A stretch of 64,000 bases of DNA. Origin: Candidatus Bathyarchaeota archaeon (lineage in GTDB: Archaea > Thermoproteota > Bathyarchaeia > Bathyarchaeales > Bathycorpusculaceae). The stretch covers positions 256,001 to 320,000 of the forward strand of contig CAWGYA010000008.1 in the NCBI GenBank assembly GCA_963826715.1, read 5' to 3'. Of this stretch, positions 38,336 through 48,788 are shown piece by piece. The notes beneath the pieces were generated by a model. It made no database searches, was not told where the DNA came from, and saw only the letters and a program-made list of their open reading frames with translations. Both the position numbers and the translations under genes were made by a program. Within the stretch, counting starts at the first letter, position 1. Every line of letters begins with the position of its first letter.

Positions 38336-41300
38336 TTATAAACGGTTTTTTTCAGCTTTAACATAGACTTCGACTTTTATGTTAGAACTTGCATGTTGAA
38401 GGAACTCTGACAAATTCCCAGCCCAGTGTGGTTTTGAGTCAGCGGTAAAACCTACAGTCTCAGCGATTCCTCGCCATAATAGCGCTTTATCATAATCTTG
38501 TGCATCTTGCGGCATAAATTCGAAAATCGAGCGGCTTGCTACGATAACTAACTTCTTTTTCATACGGGATATGGCGACATTGATGCGGTTTAGGTTAAGT
38601 AGGAATTCGCTTTCGCTTCGGACGTAATCGGGGTCGCTTACACATGTGCTTATGATTATAAAGTCGGCTTCGCCACCTTGATATCTTTCAACAGTGTCAA
38701 CACGGGTGTTTGCGCAACCGTCTTGAAGCATGTTTTTGAGAAGCCCCTTCTGAGCGTTGTGAGGCGTGATTACACCTATGCTTTCGCATTGAGCATTTCT
38801 GACTATAGCTTGAACAATCGAAGCCTCAATAAGGTTTGATTGGAAACTTTCCGCTTCGTCATGCACGATAAGAACAAATACGTTTTCAGGAGCCAAAACG
38901 ACTCCTAACCCAGCTGTTGCAGCTTTCACAGGAGCCAGCATTTGTCGTTGCTCCGAGTGGAAGTCAATCTGATCTTTCTCGTATACCCATTCTCGTAGAA
39001 ACTCCGCTATAACCGAGTGGCAACGATGGCTCTCGCATAACCTCTCTGCAGGAATATCCGCTGGATTTCTGCATTTTATCCGTTCCAGTCCAAGGTCTTC
39101 GTTGCGCAATAGGCGCAGAAAATCCATTGCTGAGAGGAAAGAAGCCATCTCTTCAAGAGTGCGTCGGTCTTCTCTTTCCCAGTTATGAGCGACAATCGGT
39201 GGTAGTTGTCGGTGGTCGCCTGCAACAAGGATTTGGCTGTTCTTTGATAGAAAGCTGCCTGAGAGTATAAGTTCGGGGAGTCTCATCATGCTTGCTTCGT
39301 CCACGACAAGCAAATCAAAGAAACCCTCACCCCATGGTGGCTCTGAATCCCCGATTTTCTTCATCAACCCATAAAGTCCTGGAGGAGTAAGACATAGAAC
39401 CAGTGGTTCAGAGGTAGAAGCGGCAGAGGTTAAGGTGGATTGGTTCAACAGACAATTTGTGAGTTCCAAGACCGTTTCTTGATCTTGGTTGTAGTTAACG
39501 TATTTGACGCCATTAATTGGTTTGACTAGAGAGATGTCGCTACTTAGTACGCGGAAGATTCTCAGGTCTTTGAGGTCATTGCCGCCGGCGTTGGTGTATT
39601 CTTGCCAGCATCTGGCAAGCTTTTCGACGAATTCTTGGATGGCTTTGTGGGTTGGTGCAACCATTAATACTCGGCATCTTGATTTTGCCCTATGAGCAGC
39701 GATATGCGCTAGAACTGCTAACTGCAAAGTTTCAGTTTTTCCTGTGCCTGGTGGACCCTGAAGCATAACAATCGGTTCGTGCCCAAATATCCTGTCAACA
39801 AAACGTTTCTGTTCAGCATTGGGTGGAAAACTTCTGCTTTCCATCCAACGCAGAAACCCAGATGCTGTTTCCATTGACAATGCAATCCTTGAGGTGCCCC
39901 CTGTTTTGCCCGCTAAATAATCAGCCAAAAGACGATATAGAACATTGTTGCCTGCGTAATCTAGACACTTAGCGGCTCTATCTGAAATTATGTCGTCAGC
40001 TAAATCATCTAGTATGTAGTAACGTCCTGCCTCAAAGAGTTGCATATATTTATTTTGGGCTTTCTCAGAGTCGGTTGTTGGCAGATTATGCCACGCGCTA
40101 TATTTGCTGCCTCTGCCGCGAGGCCAGCTGAGGACCTTAATCACGATTTCCAGCTTTGATACATCGACTCTATCAACTATGGCTCGAGCAGACTTCTCCA
40201 CTTCTCCAGGCGAGCGCTTATCGGTTTCTTCAAACTGCCCCTGTCCGTTAAGGCGTAGCTCGGTCACAACCATCCAGTCGCCTGAGCTAGAGCCATCTGA
40301 GCCCTTCACACGGCAGGCGTTGGCAACGCAGTCAGTTTTAGGCAGTCCTGTGCCCTCATAAACTAATTTTCCTCTTACAATGAATTCCTTCTCGAATTCA
40401 TCCACACGCGTGCATTGGAAGATCACTGATCGTCCTGAAGCAACTCTTTGGTATGGCAGCATAGCGTAATGTTGGTACATTTCTTGACGCTTTGAGAAGT
40501 ACTCCAAATCTAAAAATTCCCTGCAACTCCGTTCCAGTGTTGATGTACCGAGTGAGAATTCTTGGATTTTGGGGATAGCAATTGGTTTTTTGCCCAGTCT
40601 CCTGTTGCGGATTGATAATGACCGCTCGATTTGTTCTAGTGCCATGCAAATTTTGGTGCCCATAAGATTAAGTTCTTCATCGGTTATGCGGCGTGTTTTG
40701 GTTGTATAATCGCACCATTTACGTTTCTCAAGCAGTATTTTGGCTGGTCCTTTGACTTGGTCAAAGTTATCTAAGCGTTTTTTTGCGCCCCAGAGGTATT
40801 CGATTGGTAATTGGTCACCGAATCGAGCGCGGGCAGGGTAATATCCGTCGCTGTGTCCTTCCTTAAGAAAGGCGATTGAGCCATCGAGGTTTCTTTTGTA
40901 AGGTAAAGAGTAATTGAATAATCCATCGCGGAACACCAACGCTAGATCAACTATACTGCCGTCCCTGCGTTTGACGCGCCATTGATTGCGGTCAAAGAAA
41001 CATGCTTGCTCCAAAATTGGCAGCAGCCCAGAACTGTGATAGCGCAGGGCTTTTCGGTGAACGACTTCGTCTTGTAGGATTGAGAACATTGGTTGGTCGA
41101 TAGCTTGCCTCAAACCAAGAAGGTCACGCACCGCTTGTGCACTTATCAATGATGGTTGGCGGCAAACAGCTTTCATGAGTATATCGCGTTCTTGGCGACT
41201 GAAAAAGTACAAGTGAATAGGCGCTTCATCGGGGCTACCTGCGGCGTTGGCAGCTTTGTTTATGGCTTGAGATAGGTCTTGAAAGAAGCCTTCGAGCAAC

Positions 41301-42688
41301 TTTTGCTCTTCATCAATGCATTCATTCCGATCATCAGGGAGGCTGCGAATTACTCGCGAAATGCATAATGGCTCACCTCGGTAGCGAGTGCAACTGACTT
41401 TGGCGCTAAGCATTGAAACTACATCTAGCATGTAATCCCATTCGACGAAGAGATAGATGCGGATTAAGCTGTCAGGGTTATAGAGCAGTGAATAGTCAGC
41501 ACCTGCAGAAGGGCTGTCTTCGGGGAGGTTTCCATAGCCTGTTCCCGTTAACCAGGGCATCCATCGACTTTTGCTTGCGTTTTGACTGCTTGGGCGGATA
41601 CCACCGAGCATATATTGAGCACGTTCCACTAACCAATCCAGTTTAGCGCCCACGATGGGGTCTGTCGATAGCTCCTGTACTTTTTGGTGGTCTTTGGCAG
41701 GTATAATTTTGAAGTCGTTAGGTCTAAGGTTAGCGGAGTCTAGGACAACTTTTAGTCTTGCCAAATCCTCCAGCTTAGCGATGCCGTGGTGTGATAGCGC
41801 TTTCTGTTCGCCTCGGCTTAAATTCAGCAGTGCAATACTTTCGTTTTCGACAGCGCATACTATGCAGCATTCGTTAAAACCACAGTTGTCGCATCGCCAG
41901 CAAAGCTGATACTCGACTTCATCTATTGGTTTTTTGTGGATGCAATTGAATTCTCCATCTTTTGCTAAAAGGCGTTCAACATCTTGAATAAGGGGGCTCA
42001 GTTTGAATTTTGGAAGGTTCTCTGAGTCGAGACTTTCAAGACTTGTTTCGCGGTTGATGACTCCCCCCTCGAGTTCAACTTTGGCGGATAAACCGCCAAG
42101 TTCACGGGAGAGCAGTAGCGCATAAATAGCTACTTGGATTCGATGAGCAGTGTGCTCTTTCCAAGAGGATTTCAGCTCGAATATACGCACTTTGACTTTA
42201 CCGTTCTTAAGCGGCCAAATAGAAATCAAGTCAGCTATGCCTTTGACTTCCCAAATGCCAATAGTTCCCTTCATGGGCACTTGATAGAGTAGAAAAGGGC
42301 GTGAGTCAGCTTTTTCGCCCTCTATGATCTGGGTTTCAATGACATAACGGAGGTTGTTCATGGAGTCTTCGGCTTTGGTCCATCCGTATTGGTGTGGATC
42401 GTAAACTGTGAAGTCAATATAATTAGCGGCTTTTTCTTTGAGCTCATCTATCTTCTTTTCCTCAAGCGCTTTGCCTGTACCGTAAAGCAAGGGACTGATA
42501 GGTTTGAAGGCTTCAGGCCAGGTGCGTTTACGGACTTCTTTGCCTTCGAATTTAAGTTTGAAAAAGCGGGGGCAACAATTAAAGCGGATGTATTCTGCAA
42601 TACCTGATGCGGTCAGGGAGTTGCTGTTCTGCACCTCTTCTCCTAAAAGGTCGTCCATGTCTATGTCATCGTAACTCAACGCCCACAC
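38336..42688 (-). CDS. RecB/Cas4-like nuclease fused to Dna2/Nam7 SF1 helicase
   Basis: GIADL...FELK nuclease motif with flanking Cys residues; GPPGTGKT, DEAS, GDHRQLPP, TVERYQG and NVAISR helicase motifs. Confidence 0.85.
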   Translation of the reverse strand: MWALSYDDIDMDDLLGEEVQNSNSLTASGIAEYIRFNCCPRFFKLKFEGKEVRKRTWPEAFKPISPLLYGTGKALEEKKIDELKEKAANYIDFTVYDPHQYGWTKAEDSMNNLRYVIETQIIEGEKADSRPFLLYQVPMKGTIGIWEVKGIADLISIWPLKNGKVKVRIFELKSSWKEHTAHRIQVAIYALLLSRELGGLSAKVELEGGVINRETSLESLDSENLPKFKLSPLIQDVERLLAKDGEFNCIHKKPIDEVEYQLCWRCDNCGFNECCIVCAVENESIALLNLSRGEQKALSHHGIAKLEDLARLKVVLDSANLRPNDFKIIPAKDHQKVQELSTDPIVGAKLDWLVERAQYMLGGIRPSSQNASKSRWMPWLTGTGYGNLPEDSPSAGADYSLLYNPDSLIRIYLFVEWDYMLDVVSMLSAKVSCTRYRGEPLCISRVIRSLPDDRNECIDEEQKLLEGFFQDLSQAINKAANAAGSPDEAPIHLYFFSRQERDILMKAVCRQPSLISAQAVRDLLGLRQAIDQPMFSILQDEVVHRKALRYHSSGLLPILEQACFFDRNQWRVKRRDGSIVDLALVFRDGLFNYSLPYKRNLDGSIAFLKEGHSDGYYPARARFGDQLPIEYLWGAKKRLDNFDQVKGPAKILLEKRKWCDYTTKTRRITDEELNLMGTKICMALEQIERSLSIRNRRLGKKPIAIPKIQEFSLGTSTLERSCREFLDLEYFSKRQEMYQHYAMLPYQRVASGRSVIFQCTRVDEFEKEFIVRGKLVYEGTGLPKTDCVANACRVKGSDGSSSGDWMVVTELRLNGQGQFEETDKRSPGEVEKSARAIVDRVDVSKLEIVIKVLSWPRGRGSKYSAWHNLPTTDSEKAQNKYMQLFEAGRYYILDDLADDIISDRAAKCLDYAGNNVLYRLLADYLAGKTGGTSRIALSMETASGFLRWMESRSFPPNAEQKRFVDRIFGHEPIVMLQGPPGTGKTETLQLAVLAHIAAHRAKSRCRVLMVAPTHKAIQEFVEKLARCWQEYTNAGGNDLKDLRIFRVLSSDISLVKPINGVKYVNYNQDQETVLELTNCLLNQSTLTSAASTSEPLVLCLTPPGLYGLMKKIGDSEPPWGEGFFDLLVVDEASMMRLPELILSGSFLSKNSQILVAGDHRQLPPIVAHNWEREDRRTLEEMASFLSAMDFLRLLRNEDLGLERIKCRNPADIPAERLCESHRCHSVIAEFLREWVYEKDQIDFHSEQRQMLAPVKAATAGLGVVLAPENVFVLIVHDEAESFQSNLIEASIVQAIVRNAQCESIGVITPHNAQKGLLKNMLQDGCANTRVDTVERYQGGEADFIIISTCVSDPDYVRSESEFLLNLNRINVAISRMKKKLVIVASRSIFEFMPQDAQDYDKALLWRGIAETVGFTADSKPHWAGNLSEFLQHASSNIKVEVYVKAEKNRL

Positions 42689-42828
42689 ACCTCCTGTATT
42701 AATTTCTAATGTTCTTGACTGTAAGATCTCTGGATATTATTGTATTTACCGTTAAGTTCGCAGTAAAGCCACCACCTAAAGTAAAAGAGCTTTAATGATC
42801 CGAAATATTATTGTGATTTGCGTGTATT

Positions 42829-43407
42829 ATGGTAGCATCTGGCATGAGCAGAATCAAAAAGCCCTATAGACAATTAACTCTTGACAAAATACCCAGTCTC
42901 CAGACAAATCAAACTCAACCTAATCCAGAAAAAAAGATAATTATCAAAAAAATTGCCGCCGACGAGGGAATAGATGAATTAATCCTTAAAGTGATCTTCA
43001 AACTCCAACCCTCCAAAAAATCATTCTCTAAGATAAAAGCGAATTTATGGTTTGACAACCAACTTCTTCCACCTACATTAATTCAAATTCCCCAGGGACC
43101 GGTGGCAACGGATGAGTTTGAGTATGAGTGGGTTCTGGAAATGTCCGGGGTAGCTGCTGGCAAGTATGCTATTAAAGTTGAAATGTTTGAACCTTGGGGT
43201 ATGAATGAGAAATTGAGCTATGCTATTGGGGAGTTGCTTGTTAACTATTTACCAAAAACGCGCCAAAGCCGACTTGTGAGAATACCGAGCATTAAATCTG
43301 TGGCAGGTGCGGATTTTTCGGTTGTCTCAAGCGAGGATCGTACCATTTATGCTGATTTTGATCAGTCACGTAAAGAAGAGAACCGCAGTAGACGTGACGA
43401 ATGGTAA
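42829..43407 (+). CDS. Hypothetical protein (beta-rich)
   Basis: 192-aa ORF with CTTTAAT promoter-like box upstream. Confidence 0.65.
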   Translation: MVASGMSRIKKPYRQLTLDKIPSLQTNQTQPNPEKKIIIKKIAADEGIDELILKVIFKLQPSKKSFSKIKANLWFDNQLLPPTLIQIPQGPVATDEFEYEWVLEMSGVAAGKYAIKVEMFEPWGMNEKLSYAIGELLVNYLPKTRQSRLVRIPSIKSVAGADFSVVSSEDRTIYADFDQSRKEENRSRRDEW

Positions 43408-44979
43408 CTATTCGATAGGAACATTGGTTTTTTTAGGTTTTTCTTGGGACTTCTGTTTTTGAGCAGCTTTCTTGGGTTTGCGTTTGCGCCTCACCGATGA
43501 GTAGAGCATGTTCGCTCGCTCCTGAATGATCTGTTTGGTCTCAAGCATTGCTGACGATTCATGGATTACATCATCAATCATATCTTTGCATACCTCTAGC
43601 TTCTCAACAAACTCGCGGTCGGAAATTCTGCGTTCATTCCGCATATCATATGTTTCCTCGATTTCAGCACCTATCTCGACCAGTTCTTTTCGTGATTTTT
43701 CAGTTTGTTCGGATTCCTGATCTTTGAATTTACTTTTTACATATCGGAATAGAATTGGCACTTGGAAGGTGATGGAGAGAAAAGCTACTCCCAATGCCAG
43801 GGTACGTATTATAGTTATGTCGGTTAAGCTTATGACCGCAGAGGCTGTTATAGTGGCTGCGAGAACAATTGAAAGAGCGCCTCGGACGCCGCCTAGCAAA
43901 GCCACGTAGCCCCAAATGCGCGGTAACTTTTCGCCTCTTTTACTAAAGAATGCAAATATCGGGAAAACTGCAGCTGCCCGAGCTAGCGTAACTGCAATGA
44001 ACGCTGCTATTATTAGAAACACGGATTGAGAGAGTGTAAGTAGGTCCGTTTGGAAACCGATGAATAGGAATGCTATGGAGTTTGCAAGAAAAGCTATCAC
44101 CTCCCAGAACAATTTGATTGTGTTACGAGTGGCGGATTCCATGGCGGTACGCATGGTAAAGTTACCGAAGTAGAGACCTGTTATTGCAACGGCTATAATG
44201 CCAGAAGCTCCAATGCCTGTAGCAAGCGCGAAGGATCCGTAAACAGCTGAAACTGTAAGGATGCATTCAGCTATCCGGTCTTCGATTAAGCTTGAGAGCA
44301 ACTCGGATATGAAGCCAATACCTAAGCCGACCAATAAGCCACCCAGAAGAGTATAGCTAAAGCTTCCTACTGCCTCTATGTAGCTTGCCTGATGCAGCGC
44401 AACAAAGGAGAGGATAATAGTGAATACCACTATGGCTGTCGCGTCGTTGAAGGCAGCTTCTGTGTTTAGTAGAATCGTGAGTTTTGATGGGACCTTGACC
44501 CTGCGGAATACCTCTAAAATAGTAACTACGTCCGTGGGGGCTATGAGGGCGGCAAATAAGAAGGCTACATAGAAGGGCAAACCGATAAGCCACATCACCA
44601 ATCCGCCAACTAAGGTTGCTATGATTACGCCAACTGTTGCCAGCACTAACGAGGGACGAATCACCGCTCGCAAGTCACCTGCACGGATATGCATCATTGC
44701 CTCAAAAACGAGTGGAGGAACTACTATTCCAACAAAAAACCCGTTCCCGCCACCTTCAAGCAGCAAGTTATCAAATGAGCGTATCTGATCGATAATTGCT
44801 TGGGCAAATCCGTGGATTGGTCCACCTACCAGTGACAGCAGGGTGGCGGCTGCAGTTATTCCTACACCCATTAGAACCAAAACAAGTGTGTAAGGGGTTT
44901 TAAATTTTAGCGATATAATAGCGGCTATGAACGTGATTAGTAAAAAGACGGCCATTATGAGTTCAATGTTGGTTGCCAT
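43408..44979 (-). CDS. CPA1-family Na+/H+ antiporter
   Basis: PPLVFEA, APTDVV, EAAFNDA and GGVRGA motifs; many TM helices. Confidence 0.9.
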   Translation of the reverse strand: MATNIELIMAVFLLITFIAAIISLKFKTPYTLVLVLMGVGITAAATLLSLVGGPIHGFAQAIIDQIRSFDNLLLEGGGNGFFVGIVVPPLVFEAMMHIRAGDLRAVIRPSLVLATVGVIIATLVGGLVMWLIGLPFYVAFLFAALIAPTDVVTILEVFRRVKVPSKLTILLNTEAAFNDATAIVVFTIILSFVALHQASYIEAVGSFSYTLLGGLLVGLGIGFISELLSSLIEDRIAECILTVSAVYGSFALATGIGASGIIAVAITGLYFGNFTMRTAMESATRNTIKLFWEVIAFLANSIAFLFIGFQTDLLTLSQSVFLIIAAFIAVTLARAAAVFPIFAFFSKRGEKLPRIWGYVALLGGVRGALSIVLAATITASAVISLTDITIIRTLALGVAFLSITFQVPILFRYVKSKFKDQESEQTEKSRKELVEIGAEIEETYDMRNERRISDREFVEKLEVCKDMIDDVIHESSAMLETKQIIQERANMLYSSVRRKRKPKKAAQKQKSQEKPKKTNVPIE

Positions 44980-45302
44980 TTAGTTAGTTCCCCGCTACTT
45001 TTTTCATCTAAAGGTTATTGTTTAAGCGGTTAGATTGTACAAAAAAGCTTTTTCATCCAAAAACTGTAAAATTGTCAGAGTATGGTGATTAACTTAGATA
45101 TTAGCGAAAATAATTTTTGTGATTGTTTTTTTTCCTTGGCCACTACATACTAACTTTAAGAAGCTAAAATAAGAATTTTAAGACCTTTTTAGTCACCAGA
45201 GAACAACTATGAAAAATGGTGAGAAAAATAAAAAAGACATAGTACTAAACACACTTAGCAGAAACAAAGAATACCTAAATTTAAGGTCGAAAAGCGACTG
45301 AA

Positions 45303-45632
45303 TTATTTTTTTGGGATTTCAACAAATATTTTGCCATTCCTAACCTCAATACGGTAGCAATCCAGCTTCACCGTATCGATCACTTGATATTGACCGGTGC
45401 GGACATCAAATTTCCAGCCATGACAAGGACACATCAAAACATAACCAGTCAGAATACCGTTGTCAAAGCTGCAGCCCATATGGGGGCAACGGTTGGTTAC
45501 ACCATAAATTTGCCCTCCGATTTTTGCGAGAATAATTGGATTATCTCTTATTCTTACAGTAGCCATACCGCCTTCTTTGAGCGCAGCTTCTTTTATGGTT
45601 GAATGAAAATTATCTTTTGGCAAAATCTCCAC
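45303..45632 (-). CDS. Rieske [2Fe-2S] ferredoxin
   Basis: CPHMG...CPCHGWKFD. Confidence 0.88.
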   Translation of the reverse strand: MEILPKDNFHSTIKEAALKEGGMATVRIRDNPIILAKIGGQIYGVTNRCPHMGCSFDNGILTGYVLMCPCHGWKFDVRTGQYQVIDTVKLDCYRIEVRNGKIFVEIPKK

Positions 45633-45675
45633 AATAGATCAAAAGGCATATGAGTTCAAAAAGTTGCCGATTTAT

Positions 45676-46797
45676 CTATGTACCATTTTTATTATGCACT
45701 TCAGAGAGTTTCAGCAGGGTTTCCTTGTAAACCTGAATCGCTTGCAGATACTCACTTATCTCGATATGCTCATCAACAGTATGATCAAGGTGGGAGTCTC
45801 CAGGTCCATAGGTCACAATAGGCAACTTCATGGCTTTACCAAGGATATTCATGTCCCCTGTTCCGGTCTTCCGGAGCAACGTTGCTGGTTTATTCAAGAC
45901 TTTACGAACTGAGGCGGATAGGACATGGACCAACGGAGACGCTTTATTGGCTTCGAAGGGCTCAACAGTATCCAAAACGCTTGATTTTATCCCCACTTGT
46001 GGATTGGCGTTTTGATAATTGGCAATTATTTTCAACATTTTCTCATGGACTTGTGCAGTTGTGTACTGAATAGGAACACGAACGTCGAGAAGTATTTCAG
46101 CTTCAAAAGGGATAACTGAATTGCCTCTTCCACCAACCATTCGAATTAAACAAACTGTAATGGAGGTGAAGGGTGTCTCGGTGGGTTCGATAGAAGGAAA
46201 AGTGCATGCTGCTCTGATTTTCTTCCAAAGCTCATAAGCTTTCTCCAAGGCATTATCATATAGCCAAGGGGTTGAGGAGTGCCCTGTCTCAGTGGTCACG
46301 TCAATTTTGAGCTGGATTTGTCCTTTGTAGCCAATGGTAATGTTTTCTACGCCACTGGGTTCACCAAAGATTGCATAATCAGCTTTTATACCCTGGTTGA
46401 TAAGATGCCGCACACCTTTGCTTGTGGCTTCTTCTTCAACAACACTGGCAACGAGAATTGTTCCTTTAAAGCAGGGGTCTTTACCAGCAGTAACTGCTGC
46501 CATAACCATAGCGGCGAGGGGACCTTTTGCATCAACTGCACCACGTGCATATATTTTTCCTTCCTCAACACGCAGGGGCATGTGCCCAGCCACTGTGTCC
46601 ATGTGCCCGCAAAGCATAATCACAGGTTCACCGTCCCCAACAACACCGATGACGTTACCAATGTTATCTATACCTACTTCAAAACCCATGCGCTTCATTT
46701 CTAAGGCTAAAAAGTTAGCTATATCCTGTTCTTTGCCTGAAGGACTGTAGATACCAAGTAGATTAGTTAGAAACCGTATTGCCATTTGCTCGTTCAT
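45676..46797 (-). CDS. lysK: [LysW]-lysine/ornithine hydrolase (M20 family)
   Basis: GHMDTV, GAVDAKGP, VEEE and YGPGDSHLDHT motifs. Confidence 0.9.
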   Translation of the reverse strand: MNEQMAIRFLTNLLGIYSPSGKEQDIANFLALEMKRMGFEVGIDNIGNVIGVVGDGEPVIMLCGHMDTVAGHMPLRVEEGKIYARGAVDAKGPLAAMVMAAVTAGKDPCFKGTILVASVVEEEATSKGVRHLINQGIKADYAIFGEPSGVENITIGYKGQIQLKIDVTTETGHSSTPWLYDNALEKAYELWKKIRAACTFPSIEPTETPFTSITVCLIRMVGGRGNSVIPFEAEILLDVRVPIQYTTAQVHEKMLKIIANYQNANPQVGIKSSVLDTVEPFEANKASPLVHVLSASVRKVLNKPATLLRKTGTGDMNILGKAMKLPIVTYGPGDSHLDHTVDEHIEISEYLQAIQVYKETLLKLSEVHNKNGT

Positions 46798-47977
46798 TTT
46801 CTTCTTCCTCCAACACAGAATCTAAAGCAGTGATAACGCGATCAATTTGAGGTTTAGTAATTATCAGCGGCGGTAACAGTCGAACCACCGTTCTGCCAGC
46901 ATCTATAACCAATAAACCTTTGTCAAGTGCTTTAGTAATAACCCCATAAACGTCATAACGGAGTTCCACACCCAACATTAACCCTAATCCTCGGACCTCC
47001 TTAACTATGCGATACTTCGCAGCTAAGCTTTCCAACTGAGTCTTGAAATATTTGCCGTTTATGGCCGCTTTTTCCGCAAGTTTCTCCTCCAGCAGAGCAT
47101 CTACAGCCGCACATCCTGCAGCGCAAACAAGTGGACTTCCACTAAAAGTAGTGGAGTGCTCGCCCACTTTGAATGTCGACATAATGTTTTCTTTAGCCAC
47201 CGTAATACCAATTGGCAAACCACCTGCAAAAGGCTTCGCTAAACACATAATATCGGGGATAACATTCCAGTTTTCGCAGCCGAAAAGCTTACCAGTGCGC
47301 CCAAAACTGGTCTGCACCTCATCAAAAATTAGCAAAATACCTCTACGGTTGCAGATTTCCCGCACTTCCTGCAAGTAACCCTCGGGGGGCACACGAACTC
47401 CTCCTTCCCCACGGATTGGTTCCATAAGCACAGCAGCAGTTTTTTCAGTTATAGCCTCCCCGATTTTCCCAGAGTTATCAGGGGGAACATGTTTAATATC
47501 TGGAATCAAAGGCATGAAGGGTTCACGATATTTCTTATCCCAAGTCGCCGATAACGCACCCATAGTTTTTCCGTGATAAGATCCCATCAACGCAATAATT
47601 TCGGTTTTACCTGTGGCTTTGCGAGCGAGTTTTATAGCGCACTCCACGCTTTCGGCTCCGCTGTTAGAAAGAAATGCTTTGTCAAGCCCTTGTGGCATTA
47701 TATTAACCAGTTTTTGTATAAATTCTGCACGCTTGTCGTTATAGTAGCAACTGTGGCAAGTTATAAGCTCTTGAAGCTGCGAGTTAACGGCTTCAATAAT
47801 TTTTGGGTGACAGTGCCCCAGTGCCGCTACGCCATAGCTACTAGCGCAATCAACGTACTCTTTACCATTGATATCCCAGAGCAATGCACCTTTTCCACGG
47901 GTTAGTACAACGGGTTTTTTTGAAAACACGTTGGCTAAATAGCGGTTTTCAGTTTCCATGATTTCCGTATCATTCAC
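46763..47977 (-). CDS. lysJ: [LysW]-semialdehyde aminotransferase (class III)
   Basis: NSGAESVE, DEVQTSFGRTG and CLAK motifs. Confidence 0.9.
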   Translation of the reverse strand: MNDTEIMETENRYLANVFSKKPVVLTRGKGALLWDINGKEYVDCASSYGVAALGHCHPKIIEAVNSQLQELITCHSCYYNDKRAEFIQKLVNIMPQGLDKAFLSNSGAESVECAIKLARKATGKTEIIALMGSYHGKTMGALSATWDKKYREPFMPLIPDIKHVPPDNSGKIGEAITEKTAAVLMEPIRGEGGVRVPPEGYLQEVREICNRRGILLIFDEVQTSFGRTGKLFGCENWNVIPDIMCLAKPFAGGLPIGITVAKENIMSTFKVGEHSTTFSGSPLVCAAGCAAVDALLEEKLAEKAAINGKYFKTQLESLAAKYRIVKEVRGLGLMLGVELRYDVYGVITKALDKGLLVIDAGRTVVRLLPPLIITKPQIDRVITALDSVLEEEENERANGNTVSN

Positions 47978-48788
47978 TTGTTATCACGGTTCCTACCTTA
48001 TGATTCAGAGCTGAAGTGATGGGCTGACTGGCAGCCCCGGATGTAACCAGCACCTCCCCCACGCCTTGATTAAGTGCTTCCAGACCAGCGTGTACTTTGG
48101 TACTCATTCCTCCTCCGATCTTAGAGAGAACTTCTTTAACCTCAGTAGCCGCGATTTTCGGCACTCGCTCGCCTTTGAGCATCAAGCCCTCCACGTCCGT
48201 AAGCAAAATAAGCTTGTCTGCTTTGAGGGCACCTGCAAGGATTGCTGCAGTGCGGTCACCATCTACATTGAGGGGCTCATTGTCCTGACTGAGCGCAATC
48301 GGCGTAACAATAGGTACATAACCCTTCTCAAGTAACAGACATAGCAGTTTGGTATTGACTTCGGTGATTTTACCTGTGTAGCCACCGTCTATAACTTTTT
48401 TCCGTCCCCGCTCATCAACCACAATTAAACGAGTTTTACGTTCCGCCTTGAGGATGGCAGCATCAAGTCCACTTAAGCCCACTGCGGATATCCCCTGAGC
48501 CTGAAGCGCCAAAACGATTTGTTTATTCATCTTACCAGCCATCACCATCGTATAAATTTCAATAGTTTCCTTGTCAGTATAACGACTGCGGAACCCCTCG
48601 GGGGACATAATAAATTTCTGCTCCTTGCCGAGTTTACTCGCTATTTCAGTAACTTCCACGCCCCCACCGTGCACAAGCACAACTTGGTGTTGCTTGACAA
48701 TTTCCTTTAGGTCCTCAACTATGTCGGTTGAGGCACCTTCCTTTAGGATACTTCCGCCCATCTTGATAACAAGCAACATAGTGGTCAC
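47970..48788 (-). CDS. lysZ: [LysW]-aminoadipate/glutamate kinase
   Basis: KMGGS, VHGGG, SRYTD, NVDGDR and GGGMSTK motifs. Confidence 0.92.
   Translation of the reverse strand: MTTMLLVIKMGGSILKEGASTDIVEDLKEIVKQHQVVLVHGGGVEVTEIASKLGKEQKFIMSPEGFRSRYTDKETIEIYTMVMAGKMNKQIVLALQAQGISAVGLSGLDAAILKAERKTRLIVVDERGRKKVIDGGYTGKITEVNTKLLCLLLEKGYVPIVTPIALSQDNEPLNVDGDRTAAILAGALKADKLILLTDVEGLMLKGERVPKIAATEVKEVLSKIGGGMSTKVHAGLEALNQGVGEVLVTSGAASQPITSALNHKVGTVITSE

Noticed and set aside
38336-42688. Cas4-like motif suggesting CRISPR-Cas
   Set aside because: No repeat-spacer array or other cas genes were seen in the window.
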